DNA of 64,000 nt from Promethearchaeota archaeon (GCA_048939765.1 JBHLPF010000004.1:12784-76783); one strand, 5' to 3'; counted from the first letter of the stretch, positions 18,271 through 28,849 are shown. Translations and numbers: made by a program. The notes: a model not told the origin generated them from the letters alone.

Positions 18271-18756
18271 ATGCTACCCTTTGCAGTGACAATACTGGTG
18301 CCTATTGTTGTTCTGTTTTTCACCAGTTGGCTTCCAAGCTGGCTATTGCTATTCCCAATTAACTTCCTTACAATTTCCCTCTCCATTGTTCTGATAATTG
18401 GAGGTTTCTATCTTCTTGCCTACACTATCAAGATGTTTGCTATAATTGGACAGGGAACACTCGCACCATGGAGTCCCCCTCAGACACTTGTCGTTCAAGG
18501 AATCTATCTTCATATGAGGAACCCTATGATAGTAGGGGTCCTCTTGATTCTCCTAGGGGAGTCAATCCTCTTTGGATCAATCTGGCTATACTTGTGGTTC
18601 CTTTTTTGCCTCATTGTGAACCATTTCTATTTCATCAAGTCTGAGGAGCCAGGGCTGGTGAAGCGATTCGGTGATGAGTATCTGCGATATGCTGAGAACG
18701 TTCCGCGTTGGATTCCGCGCAGGACTCCTTGGGACAGCTCTTCGGAGAACGTCTGA
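18271..18756 (+). CDS. ICMT/phospholipid methyltransferase family membrane protein
   Basis: GTLAPW, LVVQGIYLHMRNPM, EEPGLVKRFGDEYLRY...VPRWIP. Confidence 0.88.
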   Translation: MLPFAVTILVPIVVLFFTSWLPSWLLLFPINFLTISLSIVLIIGGFYLLAYTIKMFAIIGQGTLAPWSPPQTLVVQGIYLHMRNPMIVGVLLILLGESILFGSIWLYLWFLFCLIVNHFYFIKSEEPGLVKRFGDEYLRYAENVPRWIPRRTPWDSSSENV

Positions 18757-18828
18757 ATCTGGTGTTCAAAACCTGATGCTTTTATCGCAGAAATACACGC
18801 CATCGTCTATCATATCCAGGGCGGTTCC

Positions 18829-19929
18829 ATGATGAGTGAGAGGCTGATACATTGGGAAAATCTGTACAGCTTTGTCAAGAGGGCTATGATGAAATGTGGT
18901 GTGCCCGAAGATAGTGCACATCACGTCGCTGACAATCTTGTTGCTTCAAATCTGAGGGGCATCGATTCCCATGGAGTGGGTCGAGTGAAACGATATGTTG
19001 GCGGAATCAATGATGGATACATCATCCCTGACATTGTTCCAGAGATAGTGAGGGAGAATAGCGTTCTCGCCAATGTCGATGCTCGAAATGGCGTAGGGCA
19101 GAACGCCGGCATGTTCGGGATCAATCTCGCTATCACCAAGGGGAAAAAGGAGGGTATCGGGCTCGTCACAGTCTTCAACTCTAACCACTATGGCTTCGCC
19201 GGCTATTATGCCATGAAGGCTCTCGAACACGACCTCATTGGAATATCACTCACGAACTCAGAGCCCCTCGTTGTGCCAACATTTGCCAAGGATGCCATTC
19301 TAGGTACAAATCCAATCTCCATTGCTGTGCCGGGGTCTCGAAATCGTCCCTGGGTGATGGACCTTGCTACTAGCGTAGTGCCTCGCGGAAAGCTCGAGGT
19401 CTATGATCGTCTTGGGCAGAAGACGCCTCTTGGATGGGCCACAGATGAGAATGGTGTCAGCACCGATGATCCAGCACGAGTACTAGATAATGTTCTGCAT
19501 GGGTATGGGGGCGGCATCCTTCCTCTAGGCGGCGAGGGCGAGCTGCACGGAGGCCACAAGGGCTATGGTCTCTCGATGATGGTGGATGTGTTGAGTGGAG
19601 TCCTGTCTGGTTCCAACTACGGACCAGATGTCGTATTCCGAAAGGATGGGGCTGTGAATCATCCCCGGGTTGGCCATTTCTTCATGGTTCTCGACCCTGC
19701 GTTTTTCATGGACGTTGAAGCATTCAAGAAGAGGATGGATGATTACGTTGACCTCCTCCACAATTCAAGTAAAGCTGAGAACTGCCCGAGAATCTATGTT
19801 CATGGAGAGAAGGAGTTCGAAATCCATGATCAACGTGAGAGGAATGGAATTCCTCTCGATGCAAGGACTGTAGAGAGCCTCTCCGGCTTTGCTGAAGAGT
19901 TCGGGGAGAAGATTGAGTTCATGGATTGA
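18829..19929 (+). CDS. Ldh_2 family (malate/L-lactate/sulfolactate) dehydrogenase
   Basis: LRGIDSHG, NHYG, GTNPISIA, DLATS, HKGYGL. Confidence 0.92.
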   Translation: MMSERLIHWENLYSFVKRAMMKCGVPEDSAHHVADNLVASNLRGIDSHGVGRVKRYVGGINDGYIIPDIVPEIVRENSVLANVDARNGVGQNAGMFGINLAITKGKKEGIGLVTVFNSNHYGFAGYYAMKALEHDLIGISLTNSEPLVVPTFAKDAILGTNPISIAVPGSRNRPWVMDLATSVVPRGKLEVYDRLGQKTPLGWATDENGVSTDDPARVLDNVLHGYGGGILPLGGEGELHGGHKGYGLSMMVDVLSGVLSGSNYGPDVVFRKDGAVNHPRVGHFFMVLDPAFFMDVEAFKKRMDDYVDLLHNSSKAENCPRIYVHGEKEFEIHDQRERNGIPLDARTVESLSGFAEEFGEKIEFMD

Positions 19930-20650
19930 CGGGAATTGGCTTGGCTAGTGGGGCATTCCTGGTTCTATTATTGTAGGGGCTCCTTGGTCCTACAGGCGAC
20001 TTGCCGTCCCCCCACCTTCCCTCATAGTCCGCAAAGTTCGTGTCTTCGATGGACTTCAGAACCGGCTCCGTATACCAGACCTCTCCTCCATCATCAGTGG
20101 TGTCCTTCCAAAATAGGGCTATTCTCCTCTTTCGTCCGTGGGGTGCGGGAAAGTTCGCATGAGACCCCAGGGCCACCCACACATGGACATGGTTGCCAGT
20201 GAGGGTGATAGGTTCCGGAATGAACTCTGGAAGAGTATAGGATGAAGGAGGCGACGCAAGTATCGCCTCATGATGGTATGAGAGGAGCCAGATAGTACAT
20301 GGTGCCCTTGACGATGGCAGATAGTGTCTGACCTCCACATGTTCCCAGTCTCCCTTGTGCTTGCCTCGATTGAAGGGGGCTCTCGGAAAGTCGTTGTATC
20401 GATACCAGAACCAGTACCTGATCTGGAACATGTCCTCATCCAGCCAGTACTCATAGTAACATGGTGCATCCGGCTGGAGCGTCTTTGGACTTGGGTCAAC
20501 CATGAACGGTGTCCAGTCGGAGCCATACTTGGAGAAAATCTCCTCAGCATCAGATGGATAGCAGCAGTGCTCGCCCTCTCTCGGGTGGAAATGGAGTATC
20601 GGTGCATAATCTCTGACGATAGCTTTGGGGTCTAGAGTTGGGTCGAGCAT
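19919..20650 (-). CDS. Vps62-like domain protein
   Basis: YAPILHFHPRE, YWFWYRYND, HKGDWEHV, VWVALGSHANF, YEGRWG..PVGP. Confidence 0.75.
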   Translation of the reverse strand: MLDPTLDPKAIVRDYAPILHFHPREGEHCCYPSDAEEIFSKYGSDWTPFMVDPSPKTLQPDAPCYYEYWLDEDMFQIRYWFWYRYNDFPRAPFNRGKHKGDWEHVEVRHYLPSSRAPCTIWLLSYHHEAILASPPSSYTLPEFIPEPITLTGNHVHVWVALGSHANFPAPHGRKRRIALFWKDTTDDGGEVWYTEPVLKSIEDTNFADYEGRWGDGKSPVGPRSPYNNRTRNAPLAKPIPVNP

Positions 20651-20694
20651 GATGCACTATACGACTCAGAGGTTCCTTATGGTTGTGTCGTCAT

Positions 20695-21765
20695 TCAATC
20701 AAGATCACTGACATAACGGTCCATGAACAATTTGATCCATCGGTAGAAGTCACCAAACATTTCCCTGACCTTTGGCAGCCCAATCCGGTCCCTCAGTATC
20801 ATGTCGACTACAGCCTTCCTCAGGAATGGGTAATAGTGCGGTAGGGGGAATACGTTCTTAGGGAACACTCTGTGATTTGTGAGGAAGATGTTGATTCGTT
20901 CCACCCACCGGGCGTTGATCATGTCCTCAGAGTAGTTGCTTGGGTCTTCTACTGACAACGAGTCAAGCTCGGACAAGATTGGCGAGAACACCTCTCTCTG
21001 AACTTGGTCAAAGGAAAAGCCCTGGACCTTGGAGGTCTTGTCCTCTGCTATCCTACGATAGAGGTCTGCAAGGTCATCAGAGCCAGGGACAGAGTAGATT
21101 GCTCGCTGAAACTTGAGGAGTCTGGACATCTCTGAGGTAAGCCTTCGCTCCTTCTCAAGAACAGTGAATACATGAATGAAGTTCGTGCTATCCCATGACT
21201 CTGCCTCAAACCAATCCTTGTAGTTCATGATTGTTGCACGGTAATCCTTAGGCATTCGCAGCTCATGGGGACTTGTGATGCTCCAGATATTGAAGAACAC
21301 AAAAGGCGGATAGTCTACAGCCATCTTCTGTCTTATGCGATAGCTTGGGAAGCAGTAGTTCCCATCCAAGACTATCAAGTCAGGATTGAAGACTCCCTGT
21401 CCTTTCTGTGAGGCAAACTGGGTAGTAGACTCTGTTATCATCTCAACAGTCTGAGATGGCGTCAGAGGTTGGAATGCCCGTGAACGTACGAGATGCAGCT
21501 CCTCGGAGAGTGGAAGATAGTATGCAGTTCCTGTTTTCTCAAGGGAAAAAGCGGTTTCAAAGCCGCCCCCATTACCTAGAGTGAGATGCTGCATCGCCTG
21601 GAAAAGGTCCTGATTGGTGTGATTAATGTCAATGACAAGGACCTTCAATCGAGGGTTTTGTGATAGTCCCCAAACAGCAAGATTCAACGAGATTGGAGTC
21701 TTTCCACTACCGCCCTTGTTACTGGTGACGATTGCTGTCAATGGTTTCTTCATGATAATATCCAC
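20695..21765 (-). CDS. Divergent ParA/MinD (SIMIBI) family ATPase
   Basis: Deviant Walker A SNKGGSGKT, VLVIDIN, DLIVLDG; C-terminal half unrecognised. Confidence 0.75.
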   Translation of the reverse strand: MDIIMKKPLTAIVTSNKGGSGKTPISLNLAVWGLSQNPRLKVLVIDINHTNQDLFQAMQHLTLGNGGGFETAFSLEKTGTAYYLPLSEELHLVRSRAFQPLTPSQTVEMITESTTQFASQKGQGVFNPDLIVLDGNYCFPSYRIRQKMAVDYPPFVFFNIWSITSPHELRMPKDYRATIMNYKDWFEAESWDSTNFIHVFTVLEKERRLTSEMSRLLKFQRAIYSVPGSDDLADLYRRIAEDKTSKVQGFSFDQVQREVFSPILSELDSLSVEDPSNYSEDMINARWVERINIFLTNHRVFPKNVFPLPHYYPFLRKAVVDMILRDRIGLPKVREMFGDFYRWIKLFMDRYVSDLD

Positions 21766-22679
21766 CCCAGTATGTACTCAAGTACGGTGCCCCATCCTAT
21801 GTACAGAATGACATCTGTAATAATTTGAATCACAACAACGCCAAGAAATGCTGCTAGTAGTTTCTTGATAATCCCCCTGGGTGATGCGATTCGTGCGAGG
21901 TCGCTCTTTGACCTCTCAAGCAAACGAATGTCTGATTTCATGTCCCTTGTGGCGTCCTCAAGCTTCGCCCTCACATATCCAGCGTTTCTTGACAGGAGAG
22001 CCTCCTCGACCAGGATCATCTCATTTCTCCATCTAGTCATGTATTCTGTCAGCGAGCCGGCGATTCGGATTCTATTGGCCTCCACCATTGTTTCATAACG
22101 ACCAACTTCATAGACTACTACTTTGATCACGCTGGCAAGGACAACAAATGTCCCGAAACTCAACGCGCTGCTTATGAAGAAGCCAATATTGAGGACCGGG
22201 CTGTCAGGAAAGAACTCTTGAAGGATTGAGAAACCTGCCAGTCCACTCAGCTTGTAGAGGGCGATAAAAATCAGCAATCTCACCGTTAGAGATAGTCTTG
22301 AGAGGCTCAACCTCCACCATGAAACCGTTGGAGTTCCTCCAGCACTGAATGACTTGTGGATGAACACTGAGAAGATGATCCCACCAGTGTTCAGGATGAA
22401 CATGATGGCCATGAGAAGCAGGCCAAGGCCAAAAGCCACTCGGACCCAACCTGTCACTCCCATGACGCCATCTGCAACAGCTTCCAGTGCTCCCTGAAGG
22501 GCGATGAAGTCCCAGTCAATGAATGACTGTTCTATCTGCTGCATGAGACTATTATGAGTGAGAAGATATCCAAAGAAGAACACTCCGTAGAGTGCGATCG
22601 CAACAATAGACCCAACATTGACTGACATGAACAGATTTTCAATGCGGCTATCATGCGCGGTCCTATGGGTCGTAACCAT
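21750..22679 (-). CDS. Hypothetical membrane protein (about 5 TM with a helical/coiled-coil segment)
   Basis: Hydrophobic segments; overlaps the ParA-like gene by 16 nt. Confidence 0.75.
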   Translation of the reverse strand: MVTTHRTAHDSRIENLFMSVNVGSIVAIALYGVFFFGYLLTHNSLMQQIEQSFIDWDFIALQGALEAVADGVMGVTGWVRVAFGLGLLLMAIMFILNTGGIIFSVFIHKSFSAGGTPTVSWWRLSLSRLSLTVRLLIFIALYKLSGLAGFSILQEFFPDSPVLNIGFFISSALSFGTFVVLASVIKVVVYEVGRYETMVEANRIRIAGSLTEYMTRWRNEMILVEEALLSRNAGYVRAKLEDATRDMKSDIRLLERSKSDLARIASPRGIIKKLLAAFLGVVVIQIITDVILYIGWGTVLEYILGWILS

Positions 22680-22800
22680 TCCCTATACCCCGTGGCGTGC
22701 GGATGGTAAAAGAGTGCTATTAACAGCTATCTGAGTATATTTAAGGGTATGATGTAGAGACTTTGATTTGTATATAAACTGCTGGTGAATTCCTTCGCCC

Positions 22801-25725
22801 TCAGACATCGAGAAGTAGAGTCAAGAGGCCACGAGGTCTGATTTTGGCGGTGATGACCCTGCTCTTTTCCAACTTGACATCCACCTCAAGCGGTGTTTCA
22901 TCAGCTCTTGCTGGTGTCGCTTTCCTGATGTCAAATCCAAGGTTGAGCTTGCATTCCTGCTCTTCATCGGATGAGTTCCACAGTCTGACTGCCAGCTGTT
23001 CTCCCTCTTCACACTGCTTGAATGCTGACAACTCAATGCACTCTGGTTCTATGGCCAGGTAGCTAGCACTGCGAACTCCTTTTGCACCTTCTCTCCCGGG
23101 AGTGAGTACGGCGGTCATAGGAAGAAGGAACGCGTCAGAACTGGAAAGGATTTCCTCGTGCTGACCTCCAATATGTGGAGTGATGGCATACTCGAATATC
23201 TGAAGGCCCAGACATTGTCCTCCGGGGGTTTCCAATATTGGCCCTGCAGCATCCCTTCGAGTGGTCAGATTCCCCTTTGATAGCCATCCAACGGCCCTCA
23301 GAGTGGTGAGGGCAATCGTGCCCCCCTGTTCCTCTAGAATCTCGAATTCAAGCAATCCTCTAGTCGTGATCGCGAGCCCTCGAACATCAGAGTTCATAGA
23401 CACGAATCTTCGCAATGGATAGGTTGGCGCCACAGGCTGCTTCCAATCAGAGTCGTCATCTAGTGGTCGGACTGGTCTATCTATGAGGTCAAAGGCGCTG
23501 TCGGCGAGCACAGTCTTCGCGTTCGTGCCACTGGGAAAGAGAACCCTTAGTCTATGGTCTTCAGCCTGATTCATGAACTCAGTGACTATTTGCAGAGTAG
23601 GGCTATTTGCGTGCACTGTGACCTCCGTGGCAAAATCGCAGAGGACTGTTTCCTCAGCACGTCCACCGCGTCCCTTTATCGCAGCTATCGGTAGCTCGAG
23701 AGCGCCTGATATTAACAAGGAGCCCACCAATGGACCAGTCTGAACAACCTCAACGTCGAACTTCATGTTGCTGGAACGGATGGATGAGTCTGACTTCATG
23801 GGATTATAGTCGTATTCATCTCCAACATCTCCAGAGTCTTCCCATTCTAAGAGACCCTCATACTCCTCTCCATTCCTCTTGTCAGTCAGCTTGATTGTGC
23901 CATTTGATGAAGCTGTCACCTTGATGAGATTGTTTTGCAAAGTGTTACCGGAGCTGCTCACCGCTCCCTCAACATTTGAAGCAGCCTCTTCAAGATCGTT
24001 CGTCAAATCAAGACGAAGTGTACCTAGACCATCAACTACCGGAACCTGCATGGCAACAGTCAGGAACTCTTCTCTATCTACAATGAGTCTTGCATCCTCA
24101 TCCTTTCGAGTCTCATGGCTGAGGAGCTGAATCGGAATTGCCTCTCCTTTTTCTGTCCTGAGTACAGGAATTCCTTTCATTTCATTCCCTGCATATGCCT
24201 TCCTAGCCCAGACCTCAACTATCTTGTTCGCAGAATTCACTCTGATTCGAAAGGCTGTGGAAATATGTGTTAGGAACTCAAGAAACTGAGGGAACATGAA
24301 AGCCAATGCACTGAAGTCGAACTCGAACTCGGTGATTACTTCTTCTCCGATCTTGATCTCCCTTGTTTCAGTTGGTGATGGATCAAAACCATATTGCTTC
24401 ACGATTTTGATGTGAGATTCGTTCTTTGCTGCTTCCAGTGCAGTTTCAGGCTCAAGATCATTGTCGATAAGCTGAATGTCAGCCAATCGAGTGTATCTAA
24501 AGTCTGATGCTGGCAGCTCCATTATGACAATGTCATTTCGTACTCTTGGCGAAGGATTGACCACCACTATTCCTGCAGACTCTGTTTCATGCACCTTCAC
24601 GATAGTATCGTATGCATCATCTACCAATGCCCCCGCAATCTCATCTGCCCATCTGAATCTCTGTACCATATCATCATGTACCTCGTCGATACTACACCCA
24701 CAGATATCGTCGTGTGGATGATTTCTCAGAAGATATTTCCAGGCCAATATGATTTGGTCTCTGGGATATGGTGAACCCAGTGCATTAGCAACTGAACACC
24801 AGGGTTCAACAGTCCTCTCAAGCAACCTCTGAACGTACTCGTTCATCTGCTTGAGGTATATTCTGGTGGAATACACCCCAGAAAGCAGATTCTCATATTT
24901 GGATCTTCGAAACTCGCCGCGAAACCGCTTGAGGCCATCTTTCTTCTTCTCTATTCTCTCGATAAACATAGGAAGCGAGCCGAAGATAATCTTGTCTTCG
25001 TACTTCTCGTTGTAGATTCGAATTACTTCCGGCACCTGGGGTTGGGGCAAAACGTGATCTGAGCCATTCATCAAGAGAACGGTGCCTATTCGTGACCAAG
25101 GTTTGAGCTTCTGAACCACATCATCAAGCGTGCCTAGTGCGTCGTCAATATCCTCTGGTAGTCTGGCTGCATTTCCATATGAATAGGGCAGCCAGTGTGT
25201 CAGGACTTCGCTGCCATCTGAAGCCTCCCAGATGAACTCCGCACCGAGATCATCTATCTCATTGCCTGTTCCGCGGGCGAAAATCGCAGAATTATAGTTG
25301 AACTGCGACAATATCATAGGAATCTGACTTACGTGACCAAATGGGTCTGGGATATACCCGACATCTATGACTTCACCGAACTCTTTGCCGATTCTACGTC
25401 CCATCAGAAGATTCCGGATAAGGGCTTCTCCTGAAACAAGAAACACGTCAGGCAGGACATACCATGGTCCAATATCGATGCGTCCATCTTTCACATGTCT
25501 TTTGAATCTCTCCCGCTGATGAGGCACCATTTCTAGATAGTCTTCTATCACGACAGTCTGGCCGTCAAATGTGAATGTCTTAAACTCAGGGTCTCTATCC
25601 AGAATGTCCAGGAGTTCGTTGACAAGATTCACAAGTCTAAGTCTGAATTGCTGAAAAGTCCTGTACCAGGCTCGATCCCAGTGGGTTTCGCTGATTAGAA
25701 TTGCCTCAACGTTATCCGGTTCCAT
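22801..25725 (-). CDS. GH38 alpha-mannosidase
   Basis: THWDRAW, FDGQT, GPWYVLPD, PDPFGH nucleophile motif, HDDICGCS, GDVGDEY. Confidence 0.94.
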   Translation of the reverse strand: MEPDNVEAILISETHWDRAWYRTFQQFRLRLVNLVNELLDILDRDPEFKTFTFDGQTVVIEDYLEMVPHQRERFKRHVKDGRIDIGPWYVLPDVFLVSGEALIRNLLMGRRIGKEFGEVIDVGYIPDPFGHVSQIPMILSQFNYNSAIFARGTGNEIDDLGAEFIWEASDGSEVLTHWLPYSYGNAARLPEDIDDALGTLDDVVQKLKPWSRIGTVLLMNGSDHVLPQPQVPEVIRIYNEKYEDKIIFGSLPMFIERIEKKKDGLKRFRGEFRRSKYENLLSGVYSTRIYLKQMNEYVQRLLERTVEPWCSVANALGSPYPRDQIILAWKYLLRNHPHDDICGCSIDEVHDDMVQRFRWADEIAGALVDDAYDTIVKVHETESAGIVVVNPSPRVRNDIVIMELPASDFRYTRLADIQLIDNDLEPETALEAAKNESHIKIVKQYGFDPSPTETREIKIGEEVITEFEFDFSALAFMFPQFLEFLTHISTAFRIRVNSANKIVEVWARKAYAGNEMKGIPVLRTEKGEAIPIQLLSHETRKDEDARLIVDREEFLTVAMQVPVVDGLGTLRLDLTNDLEEAASNVEGAVSSSGNTLQNNLIKVTASSNGTIKLTDKRNGEEYEGLLEWEDSGDVGDEYDYNPMKSDSSIRSSNMKFDVEVVQTGPLVGSLLISGALELPIAAIKGRGGRAEETVLCDFATEVTVHANSPTLQIVTEFMNQAEDHRLRVLFPSGTNAKTVLADSAFDLIDRPVRPLDDDSDWKQPVAPTYPLRRFVSMNSDVRGLAITTRGLLEFEILEEQGGTIALTTLRAVGWLSKGNLTTRRDAAGPILETPGGQCLGLQIFEYAITPHIGGQHEEILSSSDAFLLPMTAVLTPGREGAKGVRSASYLAIEPECIELSAFKQCEEGEQLAVRLWNSSDEEQECKLNLGFDIRKATPARADETPLEVDVKLEKSRVITAKIRPRGLLTLLLDV

Positions 25726-25797
25726 GATGAATCACCGTTAGTCGACTGCTCCGACTCATCTTCATCCCCAATATGAATGGCTCGTATGGGTGCTGTC

Positions 25798-26955
25798 TCA
25801 GTCCAATCTTTCTACGAGGACTCCGCCTGGAATTTCCGGAACATAGACATCTGGGGTTTCACCTGTCTGAGATTCATATGCTTCAGTGATTTCCTCTATG
25901 AACCCCTCTACATATTCATCAGCCACAACACTCAGAGTGGCTCCTCCAAGTCCCGCTCCAGTCAGCCTGCTTCCATACACACCCTTATGACTCCGAGCTA
26001 TGTCGACCAAGAGGTCGAGTCTGGGATGTGAGACCTCATAGAGCTCCTTCGAGCTAACATGCGACTCATAGAGGAGAGATCCGAATCGACGCAGGTCGGC
26101 CTTCTCGAGTGCATCGATCCCCTCTCTGACGCGTGCATTCTCAGATACAACATGTCGAACGCGGCGAGCCAATTTCTCCTCTAGAATGTCATCTACAGTA
26201 TCTAGCTGATCTAGTCCTATATCGCTTAGACTCTGTAGTTTCATGTCGCTCTCATTGAGATGCTTCAATGCAGACAAACACTCGGCCCGTCTATCGTTCA
26301 GCACATCTCCTGCCAGTCTTGACACTCTAGAGTCGATGATGACCATCTTGAGCTTTAAACTCATCTGTATACTCGTCGTCTGAAGATTGCCACAATTGAT
26401 GACCAATACAGAATTGGGCAGTCCGAGTTGTGAGGTGAATTGGTCCATCACACCGCATGAAATGCCACAAAAGAGTCTCTCAGCCTCAAAGGCAATCATG
26501 GCTGCAGCCTTAGGGTCCAAATGCACTTCACTGGCAGCAGCGATTACGTTCACCAGGGCGACCTCCAGTGCAGCTGAGGAGCTAAGTCCTGCTCCTATTG
26601 GAACGTTTCCGTGAATTATGCCAGTCAAACCCTTCACAGCATGCCTTCTTCTCTCAAAAGCCCAATAAACCCCTCTTGCATAGCTATCCCATTGAATCTC
26701 ATTGTTCGATTGAAGGCCTTTGGATGAAAAGGAAGTCCTCTCCTCATAGTCCAAAGAATAGATGTCAACCTCCTCAGATGCAATCCCCGCCGCCCAAACG
26801 AACCTGTCGATTGTGGAGGCTATCACCAAGCCACTGTTGTAGTCAGTGTGATTGCCCAACACCTCGACTCTTCCAGGAGCTCTAGCGAACCAGACTTCAT
26901 TATCATTCTCTTTGAGATTCTGCACTCTCTCATGCATCTTCTCTGGAATATCCAT
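25798..26955 (-). CDS. galK: Galactokinase
   Basis: APGRVEVLGNHTDYN, PIGAGLSSSAA, CGVMDQ, GSRLTGAGLGG. Confidence 0.92.
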   Translation of the reverse strand: MDIPEKMHERVQNLKENDNEVWFARAPGRVEVLGNHTDYNSGLVIASTIDRFVWAAGIASEEVDIYSLDYEERTSFSSKGLQSNNEIQWDSYARGVYWAFERRRHAVKGLTGIIHGNVPIGAGLSSSAALEVALVNVIAAASEVHLDPKAAAMIAFEAERLFCGISCGVMDQFTSQLGLPNSVLVINCGNLQTTSIQMSLKLKMVIIDSRVSRLAGDVLNDRRAECLSALKHLNESDMKLQSLSDIGLDQLDTVDDILEEKLARRVRHVVSENARVREGIDALEKADLRRFGSLLYESHVSSKELYEVSHPRLDLLVDIARSHKGVYGSRLTGAGLGGATLSVVADEYVEGFIEEITEAYESQTGETPDVYVPEIPGGVLVERLD

Positions 26956-27897
26956 CTAAAGAGCCTCTCTCAGTTCCTCTGCAATCTCTTCTGGAATTGA
27001 GTCATTTGTATAGGTGCCTGCTCCTAGCTCAATCCCTGCCAAATACTTCAGCCTTGTTCGATCCCTCCAGGGAGGATAGAACTCTACATGGAAATGCCAA
27101 TGTGTGTGTTCTCCAGCATTTGGGCGAGGATGAAACACCATCACATACGCTAACTCCTCAAAGACCTTGGAATATCTTCGCACAACGTCTTGGATGACTT
27201 GGCCAAACTCAAGCAGGTTGTTCTCCAGTTCCTTCAGACTTGGCACATGCTTTCTTGGAAAGACATGAACCTCATATGGAAGTCTGGCTGAAAATGGAAC
27301 CAGTGAAACAAAGTTCTCTGTTTCATTTATCACACGTGACTCCAAGGACTTCAGTTCGTTCTCAAGCATTTTGCACACGAGGCAAGTGTCTTCCTTCTCC
27401 CAGAACTTCCTCGACTGTTCTAGTTCCTTGGCCAATCTTGGAGGTATGAATGGCAGTGCGTAGACCTGGGCATGCGGGTGGTCCAGGCTCACTCCGATTG
27501 CCCTTCCTCTATTCTCAAACTGCACCACGTATTCAATACCTTTCTTATTACTGAGTTCTTTGAAGGCATCTAGGTACTCCTTGAAGACTAGCTCGAGCTG
27601 CTCATCATTCATCTCCTCGATCTGCTCATTGTGATTCCTAGAGAGGAGAATTATCTTGCAGTAACCATACGCAGGGGCGTCCATCACGATATTCTCATCA
27701 ATAGGAATTGGTCCAGAGTCAGGGCTAAGAGAAGGATATAGATTATCAAGCGTAAGAACTTGCCAATCCCCTTTTGTTTCAGTACCCCCTGGACAGAATG
27801 GGCAAACCTGGTTTTCTTCCTGAAATGGTCTTCTAGCTCTCTTGGGTGTGACTATGACCCATTCTCCCAGAAATGGATTCCACCTCAGTCTTCCCAT
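26956..27897 (-). CDS. galT: Galactose-1-phosphate uridylyltransferase
   Basis: CPFCPG, FENRG, HPHAQ active site; abuts galK. Confidence 0.94.
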   Translation of the reverse strand: MGRLRWNPFLGEWVIVTPKRARRPFQEENQVCPFCPGGTETKGDWQVLTLDNLYPSLSPDSGPIPIDENIVMDAPAYGYCKIILLSRNHNEQIEEMNDEQLELVFKEYLDAFKELSNKKGIEYVVQFENRGRAIGVSLDHPHAQVYALPFIPPRLAKELEQSRKFWEKEDTCLVCKMLENELKSLESRVINETENFVSLVPFSARLPYEVHVFPRKHVPSLKELENNLLEFGQVIQDVVRRYSKVFEELAYVMVFHPRPNAGEHTHWHFHVEFYPPWRDRTRLKYLAGIELGAGTYTNDSIPEEIAEELREAL

Positions 27898-27997
27898 TAT
27901 TTTATCAACAACCCTTACGATACGTTCGTTGGTAAGCCATTAAATCAATGTAGTGGACGGGCGCTTTACATCAGGTGCGCACGGAGTGTGGTTGATA

Positions 27998-28762
27998 TTG
28001 ACCGTTTCTGAACAACTCGAAGAAATCAGGAAACTCGAAGTGATTGCATTTCACTCATGGCCAGCCCGGGAGATTGTACCTCTTGGGGACTGGATATTGC
28101 GCGCAGATGCTGGTGTGACTAGAAGAGCCAATAGTGTCTTTCCCTATGGTGACCCTGGTTTGCCCTTGGATGAGGCTATAGGGAAAGTAGTAAGCTTCTA
28201 CAGAAATCGAAATTTAATCCCGAGATTCCAGGTGACAAAAGCCAGCGTGCCAGGCGGATTGGATGACGCTCTTGCGAAGTATGGATTTGCCTATGAGATG
28301 AAGACTTATTTCCACACCTGCAAGATTGAGGACATTCTGCGAGTGAGTGGCGGATACAACGTGGAGATGTCCTCGGAGCCGGATGATGAGTGGTTCTCCT
28401 CTTACTCCCGTATTAGCGGACATTCAGCAGAAGTCTTGAGAGTCCGGAAAGGAATCTTTGAGCGAATGCCAGTCGAGAAGAGGTTCGCTTCCGTTCGAGA
28501 AAGGGGTGCAGTGATAGGTATCTCCATTGGTGTTATCCATCGAGGGTATCTTGGTATCTTTGGTGTACGTACAGATGAAGAGCATATGCGAAAAGGAGTG
28601 GCCAAATCAATCAATCGTGGCTTGATTTCATGGGCTGAGGAGAAGGGAGCGCAAATAGCCTATCTTCAAGTTGAAGCGGACAACAAATCAGCAATACAGC
28701 TCTATGAGGGCCTGGGTTTCAGAAAGAAGTATGAATACTGGTATCGTCAGCTTATAGAATGA
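27998..28762 (+). CDS. GNAT family N-acetyltransferase
   Basis: RRANSV N-terminal domain; RKGVA, AYLQV..DNKSAIQLYEGLGF. TTG start at 27998 preferred over 27953. Confidence 0.88.
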   Translation: MTVSEQLEEIRKLEVIAFHSWPAREIVPLGDWILRADAGVTRRANSVFPYGDPGLPLDEAIGKVVSFYRNRNLIPRFQVTKASVPGGLDDALAKYGFAYEMKTYFHTCKIEDILRVSGGYNVEMSSEPDDEWFSSYSRISGHSAEVLRVRKGIFERMPVEKRFASVRERGAVIGISIGVIHRGYLGIFGVRTDEEHMRKGVAKSINRGLISWAEEKGAQIAYLQVEADNKSAIQLYEGLGFRKKYEYWYRQLIE

Positions 28763-28782
28763 GACAGACATACCTTGTAGGA

Positions 28783-28802
28783 GGGACCTCCAAAGAGGTC
28801 CC
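28783..28802. terminator. Perfect hairpin between convergent genes
   Basis: GGGACCTC-CAAA-GAGGTCCC (8-bp stem, 4-nt loop). Confidence 0.5.
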
Positions 28803-28849
28803 GCCGAATCTTTTATCCTACCAGGTCTGCCGCTGGAGAATGGGCGAGC

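Noticed and set aside
18271-18756. ICMT-like enzyme as a modifier of the Rab-like GTPases
   Set aside because: Neither GTPase has a C-terminal Cys/CAAX motif, and this family is widespread in prokaryotes
28783-28802. Hairpin as a SECIS element
   Set aside because: Too short, no SECIS core recognised, and I found no in-frame UGA selenoprotein candidate nearby
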